A program made the position numbers and the translations under genes. This document shows, piece after piece, positions 56,066 to 64,000 of a stretch of 64,000 nucleotides of DNA. This DNA comes from a virus, in the IMG/VR virus record IMGVR_UViG_3300034101_003479, positions 1 through 64,000 of that record; one strand, given 5' to 3'. Position 1 is the stretch's first letter, and each line of letters starts with the position of its first letter. The notes below the pieces were generated by a model. The model searched no databases and had not been told where the DNA came from. It worked only from the letters and a program-made list of their open reading frames with translations.

Positions 56066-59000
56066 ACTGTTCTGCTCCTTCCAGAGGCTATTTCTCTCAT
56101 TTTCATTTCTCTATGTATTGCTCTTGCTACGTCGTTTGCATCAAGATTTGACCCATTAAGCGTAACATTTATATTATACATTGATCCGCCGCTTGTGGCT
56201 AGTCCACCATCTGCATAAGGCATTCTTGTTACTGGTCCGCCCATTGCGTATTTTTTATTATTAAATGCATTAAATGTTTGAACACCATATTTTTTAACAG
56301 AGTCTGCGTTTATTACATATTCTCCATTTGAAAGCATAGCTGGGATGGAGTCAGATGTCGCTGTGCCAGCTCCTGAGATGTACCCGCCAAGCGCCTTATT
56401 AACAACCTGAACTTGTCCAGATCTATCTACGTTTCCAGAAATTTTATATTCTTTTCCATCTATTGTAATTACAGTTCCAGGCGTCAATTTAAATCCAGCT
56501 GCTGTTACTTCCTGTGCTGAGACGCTTTTAGTTACAATTGCTCCCCTGCTAGTATAACTTGTACTTGTATTAAGCTTAATGTCCTGTCCTGGGTTAAACT
56601 TTGTTTTAGTAAAGAATTTAAGTAGTGCAGCATCATTTGTTTTCAACTCTTTATTTTGATTTATTACGTCTGCAAATGCAGATTTACCAATTCCTTCTAT
56701 ACCAAATGATCCTGGTCTTAGTCCGTCCTTGAAGGGTATATTCGGACCAACGCCACCAATTGCATTTGCTTCTTTAGTAAAGCCAAGTTTTCTTAATTGA
56801 GTTTGCAGATTTGCTACTTCTTTATAATTAACATCTCCATTTGCAGCATTTAATGTTGTAGATACCAAATTATTTAATGTTATTTGTAGGTCTGCAGCTT
56901 TCTTCAAGGAGGCATCTGCTGCAGCGGTGGCTTTTTCAACTGCCTTTTGAGATCCTTCTATCTTCTTTTGTAGGCCCTCAATAATTAGCTCTTGTGCCTT
57001 TACGTCGGCTTCTTCTTTATCTCTGATGGCTTCTACGGCAAGATCTTTTTGTCTAGATGAGTTTAGTAATTTAATATCTATCTGTGACTGCGCTGCTCCT
57101 GCCATATCCCCAGAAGCAAGTTTTTCTTGGTACTGAATCTGTAGCTTTTGGATTTGAAGGTTATAGTCTTCTGCGTCATTCTGTCTATTTAATGCTTCTA
57201 CCTTAGCGTCTGCTTGCTCTTTTATTTGATCAATTATCTTTTGATGTTTTTTAATTTGAGCATCTAAATCTTTTTGAACATTCTGTTGTGTCTTTATTGC
57301 TTTCTGTGACGTACCAGCTTCAGTTAATCTTTTTATTTCATCAGATATGCCTTTAAATTTCCCGCCAATTAAATTTTGAGTTGCAAGGTTTACTGCCTTC
57401 GCTGCAAGTCCTGCCATTTCTGAATTCATAGACTTAAGATCAATATCTATACCGCTTAAATACAATTTCATTTTTGCATACGCACCAGCAACCGTGTCTG
57501 CCTCATTAACAATAAGACCCATTATTGCATTTTGCTTAGACAAAGCCTCTACTCCTTGTTTTTCTAATTGAAGATTTCCAAGACGTGTTCCGCTAATTGA
57601 TTTTAATGTTTCATCAAATGCCTCTCCACTTGTCACCAATTGACCTTGAGCATTTTTTGTTCCAACAAGAGCCTTTTCAGCTTCTTGCAAAGATGTTATG
57701 ACTGTATCAAATGATATCGCTAATTGATCAGTATTTCCTTCTTTTAATAAAGCATTAAACACCTTAACCGATTGAATTGCAGCTGTTGACTTATCCTTAA
57801 TGCTAGCAAATCCCTCATTGGCTATTGCTTGTACTGCTAGGTTTGCTTTATTAGAAACAGAAACCATTGCGTATATCTTTTTGGTTGCTTCTTCTGCACT
57901 CATTCCGCCTGCAACAAATTGTGCCTTTAACTGCTGTGCTTTTATTATAACTTCTTTAGGGCTTGCCTTATCAAACATCTTTACATAGTCTGGGAAGTCC
58001 TTGCGTACTGTTTCTTTTAACTCTGACAGCTGCTTAATTGTTAAGTTTAGTCCAGCCACACCAGAATTTTGTGTTGCAGCATAGAACTCTTCTATTTTTG
58101 CTTTAGTTAATTTTGTTTGGTCAGCAAAGTCTTTCATTTGCTCTGTCAATGAATTGTATTTAATGCCAAGCCTTTGTGCAGACTCTTCTGTAGGGCCAAA
58201 TGCTAAATTAATTATCTTACGATGTTCATTAATTTTATCGTTAACAGTTTTAACGGCTGCGCCTACAGCTAATACAGCTCCAAGCAATTTAACTGGGCCT
58301 GGTAGCAATGTTACAGCTTTTATTGCGTTCTTAAATCTATCTAGTTTTGGTATAGATTCGTCTGCAGACTTTCCTGTTCGCATCATCATTGCAGGGACAG
58401 CCATAGAGCCAGCTATTCCACCAATCATTCCACCAATATCTCCGCCAACCATTGACCCTAGTGCTTGTCCGCCCATCCATCCAGCAGTTCCACCAACCAT
58501 TTGTCCAACCATGCCACCCATAGCATATTTTCTTGGTGCTGGTCCTCCTGGAATCATTCCTCCATTTTTATATCCACGCATCCACTTTTGTCTTAAAGCT
58601 ATTGATCTTGGATCTGGTGCCACGTATCTTGGGTTAGCCCAACCCTTCGCCAACTTTTGCAATGGCATATTTAAAAATGTTTTTCTTCCGTGGGCATTTA
58701 TTGAATATTTATCTGGATGTATACCTCTTGCTGCAGTGTTGTAAGGCATTCCTCCAAATGGTAAAGATGCTCCAACGTGACCTCGTTCTGCTCCAAAAAT
58801 TGATTTAAATGTTTTCCCTCTGCCAAATGCTGGAGTTGCTTTTCTTTGATCCTCTGGGTAAAGCTCTTGCATTCTTTCAAAATGTTTACCTGCCATAGAA
58901 TCTGCTGGTATTCCGCCACCAGTTGAAACAAATGGTTGTGCTACCTTTTGTCCATCAAAACCAATATTTCTTACGCTGCCCTTTAATACACCTTTATTTT

Positions 59001-62000
59001 TTGCATTTCTCTTAAATCCTAGTGAGCCAATCTCTTCTGTTAAAGAAACTCTTCTTCCTTTTGCAGCACTCATTCTGGTAACTCTTTGTAGATGCCTGTG
59101 CATTATCTTAGAAACAATTTGATCGTATTGTTTTGGAGTGATATTTCCAGACTTCATTAAAGTCTCTCTTATTTCTTTTTCCATTGGGTTTATTGCAAAC
59201 TGTAAATCTTTTGAAGAATAGCCTAGCTGTGATCCTATTTCATAAAGAATTCCGCCTGGATGTACGCCAGATCTACGCATTTGTCTAAAATCGTCTGCAA
59301 ACATTTTGCCAGGAATTGTGTTTCCAGTTGTTAATGGTGTGTCAAGATTTAAAGACTTTCTTCTTCCAGCTTGATCTGGGTGGGCCAGTATTGCATTCAT
59401 CTTGCTACCTTGCCATAACATTGTTGCTGGTAAGAATCCGCCTTCTGCATAATTGCCATCTTGATTTCCCATGCCACCGTTAATTGCTGCAAGCAGTGGC
59501 AGATTTTCTCTGGTTGCTTTTGCGTTAACTATAAACTCTCCAGCAGAAGCCATAATTGGAATTGAGTCAGATGTTCCAGTGCCTGGTCCATAAATTTTTC
59601 CACCAGCTGCAAACTTTTTAGGCATTGTGGTTTCTGTAGAATATCCACCACCCCAAGTTCGTACACCAAGACCTCTTGCTATCTTATCAATAATTCCAGA
59701 AGCTGCTCTTTTTGGTCTAAATATTTCTTTAATGTTTGACTTTCCTGTGCTGCTTACAATTGGTTGATCTACTAATGGAACTTGAGTTAGGTTGGCAGTT
59801 CTTCCAAGGCTAGTAGCAACCTGTGTGGTTGTTTGCCCCATCATTCTTTCTAACTCTGCGTTAATTGCAATAATTTTTGTGCGAGCTGCATCTACTGTTA
59901 ATTTACCTGCTTGCAACTCTGCAACAATTGCAGCAGATTGTGATGCTGCATTACTTGTCAATTTTGTCATAGCTGGAAGCAACTGTCCGAATGTGCTATT
60001 TATTTCTGCGCTAAATGTTCCTGTTCTAGCAATTTCTTTCTTTAAATCTGCAACTTCTTTCTTGGACATCATAGATAGTGTTCCCATTAATGCATGCCAC
60101 TTGGCAGCTTCTCCAGCAACAATACCAGTTGAAACTCCCTTAGATGTCGTTAGACCTTCAATTCTTGGAAGATCTCCATCCATAAATACTTGTGGCACCG
60201 CTCCTATTTTTTGGTTTAATGGAATTGGTGCTGGTGTGAATGAGTGTATAGTTTGTGAATCTCTTTGTCCTTGAGTCATTAATGATCTTGGATTGTGGTG
60301 AGCCGCTGCTCTTGTTCCCTGCGCTCCAATTAGTGGGTGAGATGAATTAACGCCTCTTCCTGCTGCATCCATAACTATAGTTCCACCGCTTGAAACAACT
60401 GGGTTCACCGATATAGCAGCGGACATTGCTTTTTGTTCTAGGTTTGCAAACTCGGCAGCTAGTGTTGCTATTGATTGCTTTAATACTGATGCTGCCTTTG
60501 CATCGCTATAAAATGTTTGCTCTACTAAATTTCCTGCTTTTTGTGCAGCTAAAATTTCTGGTGTGAGTAGCTTCCAGCCTTCTCCACCTTTAAATAATGC
60601 TCTAAAGTGAGAAGCACCTTTTATTATATATCCAAAAAAGTTTCCAAGAACACCAGTTAACATAATTAATGGTCCAGCTGCTGCTGTTATCATACCCAAA
60701 AATCCAAGTGCTTGTTTAATTGGATTTGGAAGAGATTGTACAAAGTTAAGTATTCCATTTACAAATTGAATTAAAGTGGTATTGATCTTTAGGAACTGCT
60801 CTCCAATTCCAGCAAGATCTGCTTTTAATCCCTCTACCGCTCTTTTATATTTACCAGAAGCTGACTCTGTAACCTGAGCTAATTCTCGACCAGCTAAATC
60901 TGTTAACTCTTCTGAGCTGGCTTTCATTAGATCCATTACTTGAAGCGTTTGGCTACCTTGTTTTCCAAGATTTTCAAAAAGAGCATTCATTCTAGCAAAC
61001 TGGAACTTACCAAATAGTTGCTCTAAAGCCTGTTGCTTTTGTAGTGGGTTTAAGGTTTCTAAAGCAGACTGTAAATCTAAAATTGTTGCTGTAGTGTCGC
61101 CAGCATTTCTTTGAACAATATCTGTTAATGAAATACCAAATCCTTCAAACATTCCTTTTGCAACCTTTGTTGGATTAATTAAAGAAGCTAGACCAGATTT
61201 TAATGCGTTTGCACCTTCTGATGCGTTAATTCCACCTTCTCTCATTGCGGTTAAATAAAGAGCAAGATCTTTTACGTCTCCGCCAAGACCCTTAACAATT
61301 GGACCTGCTTTTGGAATTGCTTCTACTAAGTCATTTAGTGTTGTAGAGGTTTGGTTTTCTACTGCGTTTAAAAAGTTAATTGATTGAGATAGTTCTTCTG
61401 TATTTTGTTTAAATGCTGTTTGTATTGCAAGAGTTGCTTTCATTGCATCTTGTCTGTCAACTTCACCAAGCACTGCAAGTCTTGTTGTTTCTCTAATTGA
61501 ACCAAGAAGTTCATTGCCTTGTTTTCCAGTTGCTGCGATATCTGCTGCAAGTGCAATAGTTTCTGAGAAAGATGATCCATAAGATCTGGCAAGGTCTGCT
61601 GCGGTGTCGCTTACATCTTTTCGTACTTTACCAAGCTCTTGTGTTGAAACGGCAGACAGTCCGCCGTAAACCTTTGTTAATCTAACTAATTGTTGATCTG
61701 CTTCTTTAAATGCATCAGCTGCAGCTTTACCAAATGCTGCCAGTGGAACTGTTAATCCTACTGTTAACTGACGACCCGCCCACTGTGTGTTTTTACCCCA
61801 GTTAATTAATTGATTTGCACCCTCTTGAATGACCTTATTCATGATCATTAATTCTTGCTTTGCAATAGCAGTTTTATTCTTTACTAGATCAAGACCTCTT
61901 GGGATATGCACATTGTATTGCATTAATCCTTCGGCATTTCTTCCTAAAGGCTGTAGTATAGAGTTTTGTAATTGTACTTGCTGTTTTGCTAAATCTCTTA

Positions 62001-62322
62001 TTAGTCCGCCATTTGTTTTAACATGTTGGCTGTATGTTTGGAAAAATTTTCCAAGTTTTAATTGACCTCTGTCTAGCTGATTTCCAAATTTATCAACATC
62101 AGAAGTTAAGCTTACAAAATGGGTAGAGAATTGACCAGTGCTTCTCATTGTTTCAGCAAATGATCTATTCATTACAGCAACTTGTGCTGCTAATGTTTTG
62201 TTAGTAGTTTGAAGCTTTTCTTGTAGGCCAGTTAATGCTGAAGATACCTTATTAAGATCTGTAATAAGATTTGAAAAATCAGATTTAGCAACTATATTGG
62301 TTACTATTTGTTCTTCAGCCAT
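56062..62322 (-). CDS. tape measure protein
   Basis: 2086 aa helical Ala/Gln-rich protein; follows the chaperone pair; GTxTSDSIP motifs. Confidence 0.95.
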   Translation of the reverse strand: MAEEQIVTNIVAKSDFSNLITDLNKVSSALTGLQEKLQTTNKTLAAQVAVMNRSFAETMRSTGQFSTHFVSLTSDVDKFGNQLDRGQLKLGKFFQTYSQHVKTNGGLIRDLAKQQVQLQNSILQPLGRNAEGLMQYNVHIPRGLDLVKNKTAIAKQELMIMNKVIQEGANQLINWGKNTQWAGRQLTVGLTVPLAAFGKAAADAFKEADQQLVRLTKVYGGLSAVSTQELGKVRKDVSDTAADLARSYGSSFSETIALAADIAATGKQGNELLGSIRETTRLAVLGEVDRQDAMKATLAIQTAFKQNTEELSQSINFLNAVENQTSTTLNDLVEAIPKAGPIVKGLGGDVKDLALYLTAMREGGINASEGANALKSGLASLINPTKVAKGMFEGFGISLTDIVQRNAGDTTATILDLQSALETLNPLQKQQALEQLFGKFQFARMNALFENLGKQGSQTLQVMDLMKASSEELTDLAGRELAQVTESASGKYKRAVEGLKADLAGIGEQFLKINTTLIQFVNGILNFVQSLPNPIKQALGFLGMITAAAGPLIMLTGVLGNFFGYIIKGASHFRALFKGGEGWKLLTPEILAAQKAGNLVEQTFYSDAKAASVLKQSIATLAAEFANLEQKAMSAAISVNPVVSSGGTIVMDAAGRGVNSSHPLIGAQGTRAAAHHNPRSLMTQGQRDSQTIHSFTPAPIPLNQKIGAVPQVFMDGDLPRIEGLTTSKGVSTGIVAGEAAKWHALMGTLSMMSKKEVADLKKEIARTGTFSAEINSTFGQLLPAMTKLTSNAASQSAAIVAELQAGKLTVDAARTKIIAINAELERMMGQTTTQVATSLGRTANLTQVPLVDQPIVSSTGKSNIKEIFRPKRAASGIIDKIARGLGVRTWGGGYSTETTMPKKFAAGGKIYGPGTGTSDSIPIMASAGEFIVNAKATRENLPLLAAINGGMGNQDGNYAEGGFLPATMLWQGSKMNAILAHPDQAGRRKSLNLDTPLTTGNTIPGKMFADDFRQMRRSGVHPGGILYEIGSQLGYSSKDLQFAINPMEKEIRETLMKSGNITPKQYDQIVSKIMHRHLQRVTRMSAAKGRRVSLTEEIGSLGFKRNAKNKGVLKGSVRNIGFDGQKVAQPFVSTGGGIPADSMAGKHFERMQELYPEDQRKATPAFGRGKTFKSIFGAERGHVGASLPFGGMPYNTAARGIHPDKYSINAHGRKTFLNMPLQKLAKGWANPRYVAPDPRSIALRQKWMRGYKNGGMIPGGPAPRKYAMGGMVGQMVGGTAGWMGGQALGSMVGGDIGGMIGGIAGSMAVPAMMMRTGKSADESIPKLDRFKNAIKAVTLLPGPVKLLGAVLAVGAAVKTVNDKINEHRKIINLAFGPTEESAQRLGIKYNSLTEQMKDFADQTKLTKAKIEEFYAATQNSGVAGLNLTIKQLSELKETVRKDFPDYVKMFDKASPKEVIIKAQQLKAQFVAGGMSAEEATKKIYAMVSVSNKANLAVQAIANEGFASIKDKSTAAIQSVKVFNALLKEGNTDQLAISFDTVITSLQEAEKALVGTKNAQGQLVTSGEAFDETLKSISGTRLGNLQLEKQGVEALSKQNAIMGLIVNEADTVAGAYAKMKLYLSGIDIDLKSMNSEMAGLAAKAVNLATQNLIGGKFKGISDEIKRLTEAGTSQKAIKTQQNVQKDLDAQIKKHQKIIDQIKEQADAKVEALNRQNDAEDYNLQIQKLQIQYQEKLASGDMAGAAQSQIDIKLLNSSRQKDLAVEAIRDKEEADVKAQELIIEGLQKKIEGSQKAVEKATAAADASLKKAADLQITLNNLVSTTLNAANGDVNYKEVANLQTQLRKLGFTKEANAIGGVGPNIPFKDGLRPGSFGIEGIGKSAFADVINQNKELKTNDAALLKFFTKTKFNPGQDIKLNTSTSYTSRGAIVTKSVSAQEVTAAGFKLTPGTVITIDGKEYKISGNVDRSGQVQVVNKALGGYISGAGTATSDSIPAMLSNGEYVINADSVKKYGVQTFNAFNNKKYAMGGPVTRMPYADGGLATSGGSMYNINVTLNGSNLDANDVARAIHREMKMREIASGRSRTV

Positions 62323-62332
62323 TAACTATATT

Positions 62333-62701
62333 CTACTCCTTTGAGTATCCTAAACCAGCTCCAATACCAAATCCTTGCTGTGCTGCAAGTGGGCCTTGTA
62401 AAGAAACAACATCGTCTGCTGATGCGTTTATTCCTAGAGCCCTTCTTTGTATATCTTCGAAGGTAGGACCTTCTTTTTTTTCTTCTGTGCCTAGATCTAC
62501 ACCCTGTAAAGAAGCTAAAAATTTTCTTTTTTCTTCTTCTGTTTTTTGCATAGACTTAAACGTTTGAATTAACTCTGGCATTGAAAGGCTTTCTTCTAGT
62601 TCTTCGTAATTTTTCCAATTACCTAAAAGAAAAACTTCCCCAAGCAAAGCGGCTAAATCTAGTTCTGGCCAGCCAGAACCGCTGCCGCTAGAAGGTTTGG
62701 G
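62333..62701 (-). CDS. tail assembly chaperone, -1 frame (GT extension)
   Basis: Frame is open from the slippery site: KPSSGSGSGWPELDLAALLGEVFLLGNWKNYEELE. Confidence 0.8.
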   Translation of the reverse strand, partial: PKPSSGSGSGWPELDLAALLGEVFLLGNWKNYEELEESLSMPELIQTFKSMQKTEEEKRKFLASLQGVDLGTEEKKEGPTFEDIQRRALGINASADDVVSLQGPLAAQQGFGIGAGLGYSKE

Positions 62702-62991
62702 TCGTCAAGTTTAATTCCTCCGCAAACATCAAGAATGCGGTTAATTGTTGGCATGTCTAAAGCATCTTCTAATGCATCTTTATCTGCTACCAAGTCTGGC
62801 AACTGTGACTGTATTGCAATTCCGCATGCGTTAATTAGAATTGTTAATGTTTCGTCTTCATTTTCTGCTGACTGTGTCTTTTGAATTTCTGCCATGAATA
62901 AGCGTAGCGCCTTAATGCTTAATGGCTTAAGCTTAACCTTTGAACCATTTTGTAGTTCAATTTCTTCTACATTGTATACTGTTGTAGCCAA
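62659..62991 (-). CDS. tail assembly chaperone (G)
   Basis: Between the major tail and tape measure genes; GGAGG RBS. Confidence 0.85.
   Translation of the reverse strand: MATTVYNVEEIELQNGSKVKLKPLSIKALRLFMAEIQKTQSAENEDETLTILINACGIAIQSQLPDLVADKDALEDALDMPTINRILDVCGGIKLDDPNLLAAAVLAGQN
62695..62701 (-). other. -1 ribosomal frameshift slippery heptamer
   Basis: C CCA AAC (X XXY YYZ) in frame, followed after 5 nt by a stem-loop. Confidence 0.75.
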
Positions 62992-63048
62992 TTTATCCTC
63001 CTAGGATCGTCTTAATTATTATAACATATAGATATTATCACTACAAAT

Positions 63049-63076
63049 GAAAAGCCCCCATTTCTGGGGGCCTTTC
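63049..63076 (-). terminator. intrinsic terminator after the major tail gene
   Basis: GAAAGGCCCCCA-GAAA-TGGGGGCTTTTC. Confidence 0.8.
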
Positions 63077-63093
63077 TAATTTAATAAATTAAA

Positions 63094-63804
63094 TTATGCT
63101 GTCCATGTACGGTCAATGATCTTACCGTATTCTGAACCGCTGTAAGATGCGTCTGGGAGCAGACGGAATGTTACAGGGAATGTTGTTGCTGTTGTACGAG
63201 CCAAAGAGAACTGTGACTGTTGAACAGAAAGAACACGACGTGCATAGTATACACGCTCTGAATTTGGTGAGCTTGTGGTTGGAGCTTGTCCAACTGCAAT
63301 TAATTGACGCTCTGTTGGAGCTTCACCTAGTGCTCCACCTGCTAGACCAAGAACTCCTGAATCTAGTGTTGCCTTCTTCTGTCCAAATACAACTAGAGTA
63401 TTTTCTAGTGTACCTTCTGACATTTCTGTTGCAATCATAACTTCCATTGCAGACTTGAACAGCTTAGCTGTATCAAGTAGCTGATCTACAGTTACTGAGT
63501 CGTATGTTGGGTTATAAGTGATCTGAAGACCGTTATTTGTAAAACCTACGTTACGATAAGCTGCTGCAGTCTCTCCACCATCTGCTGTGTCGAGTGAGTT
63601 TAATGTTGTTGTGTATGATGCTGATGCGGAATATGCTGGGACCTTTGTAGATGGTTTTGTTGAACCAGCTACTGCAGTTCCTGTTTTAGCGATTCCTGGC
63701 TCCATGTTTGCTGCGTATCCTGGTACTGTTGAGTCGTCTACTGTAAGAAACAGTGGGGACGCACCAACAAGAATATTTTTAGCATTACCTTGTACTTGTG
63801 CCAT
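63094..63804 (-). CDS. major tail (tube) protein
   Basis: NILVGA, VGFTNNG, VDQLLD, EGTLEN, PVTFRLLPD; GGAGG RBS; synteny. Confidence 0.88.
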   Translation of the reverse strand: MAQVQGNAKNILVGASPLFLTVDDSTVPGYAANMEPGIAKTGTAVAGSTKPSTKVPAYSASASYTTTLNSLDTADGGETAAAYRNVGFTNNGLQITYNPTYDSVTVDQLLDTAKLFKSAMEVMIATEMSEGTLENTLVVFGQKKATLDSGVLGLAGGALGEAPTERQLIAVGQAPTTSSPNSERVYYARRVLSVQQSQFSLARTTATTFPVTFRLLPDASYSGSEYGKIIDRTWTA

Positions 63805-63914
63805 GTGTTTACTACCTCCTGTGTTTTAAACTATATATATATATTTTAATACCAAAGCTGGCTAGGCTTCTTTCCTCTTATCCAATGATACGGGATATTG
63901 GGCTATAAAGCAAT

Positions 63915-64000
63915 CTAAACGAATCTGCCGTTTTGGTCTGTTATTCTTGAATACTTAACCTCTAGCGTAATATCAGAGGACAGGAATCCCTGTATTTCTT
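63915..64000 (-). CDS. 3' end of an upstream structural gene (possibly tail terminator)
   Basis: Open frame ...IQGFLSSDITLEVKYSRITDQNGRFV, TAG at 63915-63917. Confidence 0.55.
   Translation of the reverse strand, partial: EIQGFLSSDITLEVKYSRITDQNGRFV

Noticed and set aside
33347-58931. Nested minus-strand alternative-frame ORFs (33347, 34721, 35372, 45234, 47877, 58698)
   Set aside because: Lie within or almost wholly overlap longer genes and have non-protein-like composition
482-63829. Plus-strand ORFs in the track (e.g. 2342..2896, 15273..15902, 17294..17671, 58154..58744)
   Set aside because: Antisense shadows of well-supported minus-strand genes, with no recognisable motifs
63832-63844. 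(TA)n run upstream of the major tail gene
   Set aside because: Short and expected in AT-rich intergenic DNA
1-64000. Stop-codon recoding
   Set aside because: Core genes are intact under the standard code and no suppressor tRNA is present

Overview
A 64 kb segment of a large, AT-rich tailed phage genome. It is siphovirus-like, with a 2086-aa tape measure and a major tail protein. All credible genes lie on the minus strand. A whiB gene and many leaderless promoters point to an actinobacterial host; the gene set resembles large Streptomyces/freshwater actinophages (inference). Reading right to left, the window holds a tail module with a -1 frameshifted chaperone pair, a replication/recombination module (metallophosphoesterase, DnaB, primase, SSB, DnaE, RecA, Cas4-like and RuvC-like nucleases), terminase, two tRNAs, a lysis/surface operon and an accessory arm. 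An unusually large set of tailoring enzymes is dispersed through it: six 2OG-Fe(II) oxygenases, three SGNH-like paralogues, a methyltransferase, a sulfotransferase with an APS-kinase fusion, a carbamoyltransferase, a GT32 with an NTP-transferase, an LLM monooxygenase and a quinone reductase. Top leads are a ~120-nt structured leader RNA with a pseudoknot and an alternative fold (17426-17544), the tailoring-enzyme set with candidate secreted substrates, a putative B12 capture/activation module, and a promoter/operator/attenuator stack before the replication genes. All family assignments come from motif recognition by eye, not database searches.
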